DNA of 16,068 nt from Candidatus Poribacteria bacterium (GCA_036339735.1 JAYZAL010000089.1:1-16068); one strand, 5' to 3'; shown: positions 8,022-16,067, numbered from the stretch's first letter. Program-made: numbers and translations. Notes: generated by a model not told the origin, from the sequence alone.

Positions 8022-8987
8022 ATGATGGAAAACTTACGTGTTGGTTTTTTGGGAGCCGGCGGATTTGCCACCCATACCATCTATCCAGCCTTACATTTTG
8101 CTCCAATAGTATTGAAGGCCATCTGCGATGCAGATCTCTCGAGAGCTAATCGAAATGCTACCAAGTTTGGTGGAGGTGCAACTGTATATTCGGACCGGCA
8201 CCAGATGTACAAGAACGAGAATCTAGAAGCCGTTATTATTTCAATGGGCCCAGAGCCACGCTTCCCACTAGTAATGGAGGCGCTAGAAGCAGGCTATCAT
8301 GTTTTTACACCCAAACCGCCGGCAGTTTCATTGTCTGATACTCTCAAATTGGCTGAGGCTGCTAGGTCCAATAATAGAAAATTGATGATCAATTTCCAGC
8401 GCCGCTTCAGCCTGGGTGTACGGTCAGCTTTTGATATTATGAATACTGATGATTTCGGAAAGATTTCGCAAATTTTCTGTTCTTTTTGTAGTGGTCCTTA
8501 TAACACACCTCAGGATTATCTTCTCGATTTTGCTATCCACCATTTTGATTTGATTCGTTATCTTGGTGGTGAAATCAAGACAATAGCAACTTTCCATAAT
8601 CAAATCGATAATAAAGGTAGTTTTGCCGTAGCGGTTGAATTTGAAAGTGGTGCAGTCGGTAACATGCAATTAAATTGTCAAAGATTATGGGCGCGTAATT
8701 ATGATCGAATCGAGATCACCGGTCAAAATCAATACATTGTTCTAGATGGCTTATGGAAGATTGACCACTACACTGAGGAGAAAAATACATTTACGGATAA
8801 TTTTTCTGACCAGCGTAATGGCGAATTGACGGGAGATGGTCTCAGCCTAACCGAATTTGTAACTGCTATTCGTGAAGATCGACAGCCCATTTCCAATATA
8901 GAAGATTGCCTCGAGACGATGCGTCTTTATGATGCTGTTCTCCAGACCCAACAAGGTGGACCAACGATAGTGTCTCTAGAAAAATAG
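8022..8987 (+). CDS. Gfo/Idh/MocA family oxidoreductase (~321 aa)
   Basis: LRVGFLGAGGFA Rossmann motif, HVFTPKPPA (variant of EKP), NFQRRF, DFAIHHFD. Start placed at ATG 8022 (or 8025), downstream of RBS GAGGAG, rather than at 8004. Confidence 0.9.
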   Translation: MMENLRVGFLGAGGFATHTIYPALHFAPIVLKAICDADLSRANRNATKFGGGATVYSDRHQMYKNENLEAVIISMGPEPRFPLVMEALEAGYHVFTPKPPAVSLSDTLKLAEAARSNNRKLMINFQRRFSLGVRSAFDIMNTDDFGKISQIFCSFCSGPYNTPQDYLLDFAIHHFDLIRYLGGEIKTIATFHNQIDNKGSFAVAVEFESGAVGNMQLNCQRLWARNYDRIEITGQNQYIVLDGLWKIDHYTEEKNTFTDNFSDQRNGELTGDGLSLTEFVTAIREDRQPISNIEDCLETMRLYDAVLQTQQGGPTIVSLEK

Positions 8988-8996
8988 AGGGAAATT

Positions 8997-11900
8997 ATGT
9001 CTTCTATTTCCACCATTTTGGTACGTAGACTTGTTCTATTTGTTGGTTGGCTTTGGATTAATAGCTTTCCATGTTTAGCTCAGGAAGTTTCTTTCAACCG
9101 AGATGTATTACCAATTCTGTCGGATAACTGTTTTCAGTGCCATGGCCCTGACCAGAATACACGTCAGGCTGGACTAAGGCTCGACCAAGAGTTGTCGGTT
9201 CTACGTCGAGAAAACCCAATTATTCAGGCTGGAGATGTTGAAAATAGCCAACTGATAGATCGAATTACAACCCCAAACTTGTCCCGGCTGATGCCACCAG
9301 TATCCTCAAAACTGAAACTGAGCCGTCAACAAATCGAAACCTTAAAAAAATGGATCAGTCAGGGCGCCAAGTGGAATGATCACTGGTCTTTCGTTCCACT
9401 GAGCAAACCTGATGTGCCGACTGCCTCCGGTCAGTTTTCGGTTCAAAACGAGATTGACCAGTTTATTCAGCATAGGTTAGCTTTCAATCAGCTAACGCCT
9501 TCCCCTCGGGCTGATAAAGCGACCCTAATACGAAGAGTAACGATGGATTTAACTGGGTTGCCACCAACAGTCGAAGAAATTGATAATTTTCTAGCAAAAA
9601 CATCTGAAGATTCTTATGAAATGTTAGTTGATAATTTGTTGTCTAGTGAAGCACATGCAGAACGATTAACTCTAGACTGGATGGATTTGGCTCGTTATGC
9701 CGACTCTCATGGTATGCACGCCGACGGATGGCGACGGATGTGGCCATGGAGGGATTGGGTAATTTCGGCTTTCCAGCAGAATATGCCGTATGACCAATTT
9801 GTGACGTGGCAATTAGCAGGGGACCTTCTACCTAATGCCAGCCAAGAGCAAATTTTGGCTACCGCTTTTCACCGCAATCACCCAATGACAGCCGAAGGTG
9901 GTGTCATTGATGAGGAATTTCGGCTTTATTATGTTTTCGATCGAGTTGAAACAACATCTACAGCTTTTCTGGGGCTGACCATGAATTGTGCTCGTTGCCA
10001 CGATCACAAATTTGACCCAATAACACAAAAGGAATATTACCAACTGTCGGCTTTCTTTAATAATGTCCGTGAACTTGGAATGACTGGTGATGACGGAAAC
10101 TATGGGCCAGTCTTAGCTTTACCAGAAGAACATGTAGCAAAACAGCTAGATCTACTTGATCAAAAAATACAATTCTTGGACAAGCAGTTGGATCAAGTTG
10201 AGCAACAAGCACAATCTGAATTTGCTAAATTGGATCAGTTGCCTTCTATCAATCCTGAATTCCTAGATACTATGGTGGTAGAGAAGTTCCCGTTGGAAAA
10301 GATTGTTTCCGTTGATGTAGAGGGAAAAATAATACAAGCTGTTGACGGTAATGTGAAGTCTACAGTATCTGTTTCTCCCCAGCCGATAGATGGAATTGAC
10401 GGAAATGCTTTGTGGATTGACGGTGAATATCAACACTTAGCACTCAAAAACGTTGGTGATATAGATGTAGCCAATCCAGTGACAGTTTCTCTCTGGATCA
10501 AACCCACACGGGATAATCAGGTTAAAGATCCATCCCAATTAACCAACCAGACTTTACTAGGAACTTCTGGTGGAAAAAACCAGTATTGGCGCGGTTGGGA
10601 ACTCTATCTTGATCCTCAAGGGCACTTAGCTGTTCGTTTAATTCACAATTTACCCGACAATTTGATCCATGTTCGATCAATTGATCCGATAACTGGAGTA
10701 GATTGGCAGCACGTCACTTGGTCCTACAATGGAATTGGCCAAGCTAGTGGAGTAGGTCTGTTTGTCAATGGTCGACCGATTGATACAGAAATTATTATTG
10801 ACCAACTAACTCGAACCATCTTGCCAGAAAATGGTACCGCCAGAAGCGTCAGGGTAGGACGAAGTTACCGCGGGTTTACTGGTGATTTTGGCATTTATCG
10901 AGGTGGAATGGATGATATTCATTTCTACCAATCATCCTTAACTGAGCTAGAAGTTGCACAGCTGTATGCCTCTTATCAACAAGCCAAAATTGACTACAAT
11001 CCAACAACAGAAAGCCAGTTTCAACACTGGCTGAGTCGAAATCATACTGAATGGCCAGCAAAAATGGCCGAATACCGTGAGCTACAAAAGCAGCGAATCG
11101 AATTGTTCAGCCAAGTAGATTTGGTCATGGTGATGGAAGAAATGGATTCAGTACGACCAACGCACCTACTACATCGTGGCGAATATAACCAACCACGTAA
11201 ATTAGTGGAAATGGGAACCCCCTCTGCTATTGCGGATTTTCCTGACGACTTGCCAAATAATCGGTTAGGTTTAGCCAAGTGGCTATTTGCACCGACCAAT
11301 CCGTTAACAGCCCGAGTGACTGTCAATCGATACTGGCAAATGTTGTTTGGGCATGGACTCGTACGTACACCACATGACTTCGGGATACAGGGCCAAAGGC
11401 CAACGCACCCTCAATTATTGGATTGGTTGGCGATAAAATTTCGAGATTCAGGTTGGAATGTTCGCCATTTACTTAAGTTAATCGTAACCTCAGCCACTTA
11501 CCAGCAATCATCTGGAGTTAATGTCGCGTCAGACCAAACTGATCCAGAAAATCGGCTCCTATGGAGATCCCCCACTTATCGTTGGCCTGCTGAGTTTTTA
11601 CGTGATAACGCTTTAGCTAGTAGTGGAGTTTTGGTAAAACAAGTGGGTGGGCCCAGTGTAAAACCTTACCAGCCTGAAGGGTTATGGATCGAAAAGAACA
11701 ACTTCTCTGCCAAGCTGAGAAATTACCAAATTGATGATGGGGATTCGCTTTACCGTCGGAGCCTGTATACTTTCGTTCGTCGAACCTCACCACCACCTTC
11801 CATGATTACATTAGATGCACCTAATCGTAGCGTTTGTACAGTCAAGCGTGTTATTACCAATACGCCGCTACAGGCTTTAGTAATGATGAACGATCCGCAG

Positions 11901-12215
11901 TTTATCGAGTCAGCCCGAATCCTAGCTGAGCATATCCAGCGGCGGATTTCGTACGGAGATAGTTTATCTAAAGGAATAACAGAAATGTTTCAGCGATTAA
12001 CTGGACACCAGCCGCTCTCTAATCAAATCAAGTTGCTAGAAACTTATTATCAAAACAATTATCAGAAGTTTGTGGCTAACCAATCTTCTGTTCAATCTTT
12101 ATTGGCAGTTGGTGAGTATCCGCTTGACAAAACTTTGCCTGCCACTGAAATAGCAGCGTTGACAGTAGTGGCGAATCTGATTATGAACTACGACGGTTTC
12201 TATATGAAACGGTAA
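8997..12215 (+). CDS. Planctomycete-type cytochrome c protein (PSCyt1 + DUF1549 + LamG-like insert + DUF1553/PSD1)
   Basis: Signal peptide, then VSFNRDVLPILSDNCFQCHGPD (CxxCH 9129-9143); LIRRVTMDLTGLPPT, WMDLARYADS, CARCHDHKFDPI (CxxCH 9987-10001); LamG-like region ~10281-10970 (VSLWIKP, WQHVTWSYNG, GGMDDIHFY); RLGLAKW...NPLTARVTVNRYWQ, HPQLLDWLA, YRRSLYT, TNTPLQAL. Confidence 0.93.
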   Translation: MSSISTILVRRLVLFVGWLWINSFPCLAQEVSFNRDVLPILSDNCFQCHGPDQNTRQAGLRLDQELSVLRRENPIIQAGDVENSQLIDRITTPNLSRLMPPVSSKLKLSRQQIETLKKWISQGAKWNDHWSFVPLSKPDVPTASGQFSVQNEIDQFIQHRLAFNQLTPSPRADKATLIRRVTMDLTGLPPTVEEIDNFLAKTSEDSYEMLVDNLLSSEAHAERLTLDWMDLARYADSHGMHADGWRRMWPWRDWVISAFQQNMPYDQFVTWQLAGDLLPNASQEQILATAFHRNHPMTAEGGVIDEEFRLYYVFDRVETTSTAFLGLTMNCARCHDHKFDPITQKEYYQLSAFFNNVRELGMTGDDGNYGPVLALPEEHVAKQLDLLDQKIQFLDKQLDQVEQQAQSEFAKLDQLPSINPEFLDTMVVEKFPLEKIVSVDVEGKIIQAVDGNVKSTVSVSPQPIDGIDGNALWIDGEYQHLALKNVGDIDVANPVTVSLWIKPTRDNQVKDPSQLTNQTLLGTSGGKNQYWRGWELYLDPQGHLAVRLIHNLPDNLIHVRSIDPITGVDWQHVTWSYNGIGQASGVGLFVNGRPIDTEIIIDQLTRTILPENGTARSVRVGRSYRGFTGDFGIYRGGMDDIHFYQSSLTELEVAQLYASYQQAKIDYNPTTESQFQHWLSRNHTEWPAKMAEYRELQKQRIELFSQVDLVMVMEEMDSVRPTHLLHRGEYNQPRKLVEMGTPSAIADFPDDLPNNRLGLAKWLFAPTNPLTARVTVNRYWQMLFGHGLVRTPHDFGIQGQRPTHPQLLDWLAIKFRDSGWNVRHLLKLIVTSATYQQSSGVNVASDQTDPENRLLWRSPTYRWPAEFLRDNALASSGVLVKQVGGPSVKPYQPEGLWIEKNNFSAKLRNYQIDDGDSLYRRSLYTFVRRTSPPPSMITLDAPNRSVCTVKRVITNTPLQALVMMNDPQFIESARILAEHIQRRISYGDSLSKGITEMFQRLTGHQPLSNQIKLLETYYQNNYQKFVANQSSVQSLLAVGEYPLDKTLPATEIAALTVVANLIMNYDGFYMKR

Positions 12216-12242
12216 CGAAGTGTACAAAAATAAGGAACACGC

Positions 12243-13697
12243 ATGGTAAAACCGAATCCTATCCAATGCCAAAATATTGATCCAAATTACTCTCGTCGAA
12301 AGTTTTTGAACCAAACCTCACTTGGGCTTGGTGCCGTAGCATTTGCTAATTTGGCTAATTCTTCACCAGGTACAGGAGCGTCAAAAACTGGTGTCTTAGG
12401 ACAACCACACACCATGCCGAAAGCCAAAAGAGTAATTTATTTATTCCAAAGTGGCGGACCTTCTCAATTGGAATTATTCGATTATAAATCTAAACTCCTT
12501 AAGCTAAGAGGGCAAGATTTACCAGAATCAGTCCGCAAAGGCCAGCGACTAACCGGTATGACTTCTGGGCAAGCGACATTTCCGTTGACCAGCTCAATTT
12601 TTGATTTTTCACAACATGGTAAGTCTGGAGCTTGGGTTAGTGAGCTACTCCCTCATACTGCTGAGATTGTAGATAAACTCTGTTTTATTAAATCAATGCA
12701 TACCGATGCCATTAATCATGATCCTGCATCGACTTTTATTCAAACAGGATCGCAATTGCCTGGCCGTCCCTCGATTGGTTCTTGGCTGAGTTATGGATTG
12801 GGTAGTAGTAATGAAAATTTACCCAGTTTCGTAGTTTTGGTTACTAAAAATAAGAATGGTCAGCCACTCTATGCTCGGTTATGGGGCAATGGTTTTTTGC
12901 CCTCCCAACATCAGGGAGTTCAGTTTCGAGCTGGGAAAAACCCTGTACTTTACCTCCGTAATCCAGATGGTATTGATAAAGAGGCCCGTCGTCAGCAAAT
13001 GGAATATTTACGGCAATTACAAGAGATTCAATATCAAAAAACCGGTGATGTGGAAGTATTGGAGCGTATGTCCCAATATGAGATGGCTTTTCGTATGCAG
13101 ACCTCGGTACCGAAAGCCACAGACGTCTCAGATGAGCCAGACTCTACTTTTGAAAATTATGGACCTGACTCGAGAGAACCAGGCACTTACGCTGCTAATT
13201 GCTTGTTAGCTCGCCGTTTAATCGAAAGGGGTGTTCGTTTTGTCCAGCTTTATCATCGAGGCTGGGACCATCACGGTGGATTACCTGACAATATTCGCCG
13301 CCAATGTCAAGAAACAGACCAAGCATCCGCAGCTTTGGTCATCGACTTAGAACAACGTGGCTTATTGGACGACACTTTAGTCATCTGGGGTGGTGAATTT
13401 GGCCGTACTTGCTACTCGCAAGGCCGCCTGACTGAAACTAATTATGGGCGAGATCATCACCCGCGTTGTTTTAGTTTATGGATGGCTGGTGGTGGGGTTA
13501 AAGCTGGATATACTCATGGGTCTACTGATGACTTTAGTTATAATATCACTGAAGACCCCGTCCATATTCATGATTTTCAGGCTACCTTGCTCCACTTACT
13601 TGGTATCGATCATCAACAGCTGACCTACAAATTTCAAGGCCGTCGCTATCGGTTAACTGATGTGCACGGCCGTATCGTCCAACAAGTATTAGCCTAG
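12243..13697 (+). CDS. DUF1501 domain protein with Tat signal (partner of the DUF1549/DUF1553 cytochrome)
   Basis: Twin-arginine SRRKFL (12291-12308); AKRVIYLFQSGGPSQLELFDYK, CLLARRLIERGVRFVQL, WDHH, DTLVIWGGEFGRT, GRDHHP, WMAGGGVKAG, RLTDVHG. RBS AAGGA upstream. Confidence 0.93.
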   Translation: MVKPNPIQCQNIDPNYSRRKFLNQTSLGLGAVAFANLANSSPGTGASKTGVLGQPHTMPKAKRVIYLFQSGGPSQLELFDYKSKLLKLRGQDLPESVRKGQRLTGMTSGQATFPLTSSIFDFSQHGKSGAWVSELLPHTAEIVDKLCFIKSMHTDAINHDPASTFIQTGSQLPGRPSIGSWLSYGLGSSNENLPSFVVLVTKNKNGQPLYARLWGNGFLPSQHQGVQFRAGKNPVLYLRNPDGIDKEARRQQMEYLRQLQEIQYQKTGDVEVLERMSQYEMAFRMQTSVPKATDVSDEPDSTFENYGPDSREPGTYAANCLLARRLIERGVRFVQLYHRGWDHHGGLPDNIRRQCQETDQASAALVIDLEQRGLLDDTLVIWGGEFGRTCYSQGRLTETNYGRDHHPRCFSLWMAGGGVKAGYTHGSTDDFSYNITEDPVHIHDFQATLLHLLGIDHQQLTYKFQGRRYRLTDVHGRIVQQVLA

Positions 13698-13788
13698 TTA
13701 CATCGTTTTTTCGCTAAGTAGTAGCAAAATTAAATTTCAAGCATAAAAGACAAATGGTTGAACTATTCATTTGTTCAGATGAAAACAG

Positions 13789-13818
13789 TTGTTAACAAAA
13801 TAAGATTCATGCTAGAAT
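13789..13818 (+). promoter_or_regulatory. Probable promoter (extended -10) with an overlapping palindrome upstream of the LamG pair
   Basis: TG-C-TAGAAT (13810-13818) is an extended -10. TTGTTA (13789-13794) lies 18 nt upstream, inside the perfect palindrome TTGTTAACAA (13789-13798). Confidence 0.5.
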
Positions 13819-13928
13819 ACGAGGCGTTCACGACCTGTTGATTCGTTCGGTTCAGTCTATTGATCGTAGACGGTCGTTGTTCTGTTGTTACTTTCAAATT
13901 AATACCAAATATGATGGAGACTATTTTT

Positions 13929-14687
13929 ATGATCCAAAGATCTAAGATTACCGCCTTTGCTACGATACTGTTGGTTATTTGCGGTATGGTGTCAGTTCAA
14001 GCTGCATTGGACGATAGTGTTGTTTTGTATATTTCATTTGACGGCGGTGAAGCTGCTGATCATTCATCCTACGGCCATGAAGTTGGGGTTACTGGTGCTG
14101 AAATAGGTGCTGGTAAATACGGTAATGGGATTGTTTTGGGCGAAGGTAAATTTCTCGAAGTTCCGGATGATGACAGTTTGGATTTGACCACGGCTCTGTC
14201 TATCAGTATGTGGGCTAAGGTCGCAGCTGGTGGCGAAGGGACTCAGAGCGGTTTAGAAAAGCAACCAGCTTGGCAGGCAGGTGAATACAACTTGGCCGCA
14301 GTCTACGGCGGTGGCGTGTTATTACAAGCTGCCGACTGGCCTGCTGCTTGTGCAGATACAAACGTTACTCCAGAAGGCATAGAAGATGATAACTGGCATC
14401 ATATTGCCGGTACATGGGACGGTAAAGTTATCAAAGTCTACATTGACGGCGTATTAAAAGCGGAGAAAGACTGTGTCGGTGAGATCAAGGTTGGTGATGG
14501 AAACCTGTATATCGGTTCTCGTGGTGGGAAACAGCGTTGGTTGAATGGTTCCTTGGACGAAATCAAAGTCTTCAATAGAGCATTGAGTGCTGATGAAGTT
14601 AAAGCTGATATGGCTAAAACCGCGACTGCGGTTCAAGCTAAATCCAAGTTAGCCGTTTCTTGGGGCAAGATCAAGACTGCCAACTAA
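13929..14687 (+). CDS. Secreted LamG-like jellyroll (concanavalin A-like) protein with short C-terminal W-G-K-I-K tail (252 aa)
   Basis: Start moved to ATG 13929 (GGAG at 13916-13919). Signal peptide ending VQA|A; VVLYISFDG, GKYGNG, DSLDLT..LSISMW, WHHIAGTWDG, LYIG, GSLDEIKVFNRALS; tail AVQAKSKLAVSWGKIKTAN. Confidence 0.9.
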   Translation: MIQRSKITAFATILLVICGMVSVQAALDDSVVLYISFDGGEAADHSSYGHEVGVTGAEIGAGKYGNGIVLGEGKFLEVPDDDSLDLTTALSISMWAKVAAGGEGTQSGLEKQPAWQAGEYNLAAVYGGGVLLQAADWPAACADTNVTPEGIEDDNWHHIAGTWDGKVIKVYIDGVLKAEKDCVGEIKVGDGNLYIGSRGGKQRWLNGSLDEIKVFNRALSADEVKADMAKTATAVQAKSKLAVSWGKIKTAN

Positions 14688-14705
14688 TACCTTGTCTAAA
14701 TGTGT

Positions 14706-14752
14706 ATCGAGTATCGTGCTGTGACAATCAGAATCGTAGTACGATGCTCGAT
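14706..14752 (+). other. 19-bp intergenic RNA stem-loop between the LamG paralogues
   Basis: 14706-14724 pairs with 14734-14752: 15 Watson-Crick and 4 G-U pairs, no mismatches, 9-nt loop, no U-tract. Confidence 0.75.
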
Positions 14753-14814
14753 CAAAGAAACTTGGTCATTTCCTTTCACTTTTCAAAAAAAACAATTTAG
14801 GAGAACAGATCTTA

Positions 14815-15603
14815 GTGGTATTGAGAATTATAAATAAGTCGACACTTGTTGTTTTTTTGTATTTGTTGACAGTTACCCCATTTACATTTGCGGCCGTAGA
14901 TCCAACAATTGTTCTTTATTTACCTTTTGAAGAACAGGAGGGGAAGGTTGCAAAAGATCTATCACAATTTGGACATAAAGCTGAGTTTCGTAAGAAAACG
15001 GCTTGGTCTGGAGATGGTAAACAAGGTGGTTGTATAAAGCTTGGCCTTGGTAATTGGTTAGAAGTAAAAGATCATGATAGCTTAGATTTGACCAATAAGA
15101 TGACGATTATGCTTTGGGCAAAGCTGATGCGGCAAACCGGAGAAGTACAAAGTGGAGTAGAAAAAGAACCCGCATGGCAGGCAGGAGAATATAATCTTTT
15201 ACCTGAGTATGGCGGTGGAATTTTATTACAAGCCAATGATTGGCCTGACGAGTGCGACGATGAAGCGATTGGTGGGCCTCCTATAATTGATAAGAAATGG
15301 CATCACTGCGCGGGAACTTTCGACGGTAAGGTGATAAAAATATACAATGACGGAAAATTAGCTAAAGAATTGCCGTGTAAAGGATCTGTCGAGAAGGGCA
15401 GTGGTAATTTGTATATTGGTTGCCGCGGAGGTAGTGGTCGTTGGATTGACGGTTTCTTAGACGAAATTAAGATGTATAACCGAGTTCTAACTCAAGATGA
15501 GATCGCGGCAGACATGGAAGATTCCATGCACAACTTAGCGGTCTCGCCTAAAGATAAGGTTAGTACTACTTGGGCTTCTCTTAAGAAAGAAATTTTACAT
15601 TAG
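14815..15603 (+). CDS. Secreted LamG-like jellyroll protein, tandem paralogue of the upstream gene
   Basis: AGGAG at 14799-14803 and GTG start. Signal peptide ending TFA|A; VLYLPFEE, DSLDLT..MTIMLW, WHHCAGTFDG, GFLDEIKMYNRVLT; tail AVSPKDKVSTTWASLKKEILH. Confidence 0.9.
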   Translation: MVLRIINKSTLVVFLYLLTVTPFTFAAVDPTIVLYLPFEEQEGKVAKDLSQFGHKAEFRKKTAWSGDGKQGGCIKLGLGNWLEVKDHDSLDLTNKMTIMLWAKLMRQTGEVQSGVEKEPAWQAGEYNLLPEYGGGILLQANDWPDECDDEAIGGPPIIDKKWHHCAGTFDGKVIKIYNDGKLAKELPCKGSVEKGSGNLYIGCRGGSGRWIDGFLDEIKMYNRVLTQDEIAADMEDSMHNLAVSPKDKVSTTWASLKKEILH

Positions 15604-15633
15604 ATCTAAGTTCATCTCTTAGTTTATTCCACT

Positions 15634-15681
15634 AAAGAAGCACTATTCGGTTGGTTAACTTCCTGAATAGTGCTTCTTTTT
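15634..15681 (+). terminator. Intrinsic (Rho-independent) terminator after the LamG pair
   Basis: AAAGAAGCACTATTCGG (15634-15650) pairs with CTGAATAGTGCTTCTTT (15663-15679), one G-U pair, 12-nt loop, ending in TTCTTTTT; 30 nt after the stop. Confidence 0.8.
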
Positions 15682-15797
15682 GTCAAAAATAATTTATAGA
15701 TTGTTTCTACTCGACCCAATTTCTAAATAGGGCGAATTGTTGACGTATTTAATTTCTAGAAAGCTAGTTATTATCAATATGCATAGCTCTGTGCTCC

Positions 15798-16067
15798 ATG
15801 AGGATTACAAGTTATTTTTTGATCATATTTTCTCTATCATTCGCTTCATGCACTGATACGGAAAAACCAACTGTGGATAAACCCAAAATAGACCTGACTC
15901 AAAGTGGTAAAAATTCTGCATCTATATCTGTTTTAGAAGCTTTAAGAGATAGAAATGATGTCAGTTTTGAAAATAAAACGAGGGATTTTCTTACTACAAT
16001 TGATAACGGGTTACTATTTGAAACCAATTACCCCGGTACAGATATTACGTGCGGTCGCGTTTTGAGA
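15798..16067 (+). CDS. Probable lipoprotein, 5' part only (runs off the right edge; absent from the ORF track)
   Basis: ATG 15798 opens 90 stop-free codons: MRITSYFLIIFSLSFASCTDTEKPTVDKPKIDLTQSGKNSASISVLEALRDRNDVSFENKTRDFLTTIDNGLLFETNYPGTDITCGRVLR. Basic residue, hydrophobic stretch and lipobox-like F-A-S-C (Cys18), followed by a polar linker. No clear SD sequence. Confidence 0.7.
   Translation, partial: MRITSYFLIIFSLSFASCTDTEKPTVDKPKIDLTQSGKNSASISVLEALRDRNDVSFENKTRDFLTTIDNGLLFETNYPGTDITCGRVLR

Noticed and set aside
1897-14636. Short ORF-track entries of 60-117 aa (e.g. 1897-2079, 2926-3144, 4029-4262, 5018-5209, 5161-5367, 8424-8669, 9828-10043, 10876-11061, 11042-11326, 12099-12314, 12856-13209, 14454-14636)
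   Set aside because: All overlap well-supported long genes, antisense or out of frame, with no recognisable motifs; treated as shadow ORFs.
15740-15774. TTGACG as the -35 of a promoter for the lipoprotein gene
   Set aside because: No convincing -10 at 16-18 nt spacing; TATTAT is 23 nt away.
15872-15880. Perfect DnaA box (TGTGGATAA, i.e. TTATCCACA on the - strand)
   Set aside because: Single copy inside the probable lipoprotein coding frame; no cluster of boxes or replication genes, so it is not evidence for an origin.
15955-16065. 36-aa ORF MMSVLKIKRGIFLLQ... near the right edge
   Set aside because: Out of frame within the longer open frame that carries a lipoprotein signal.
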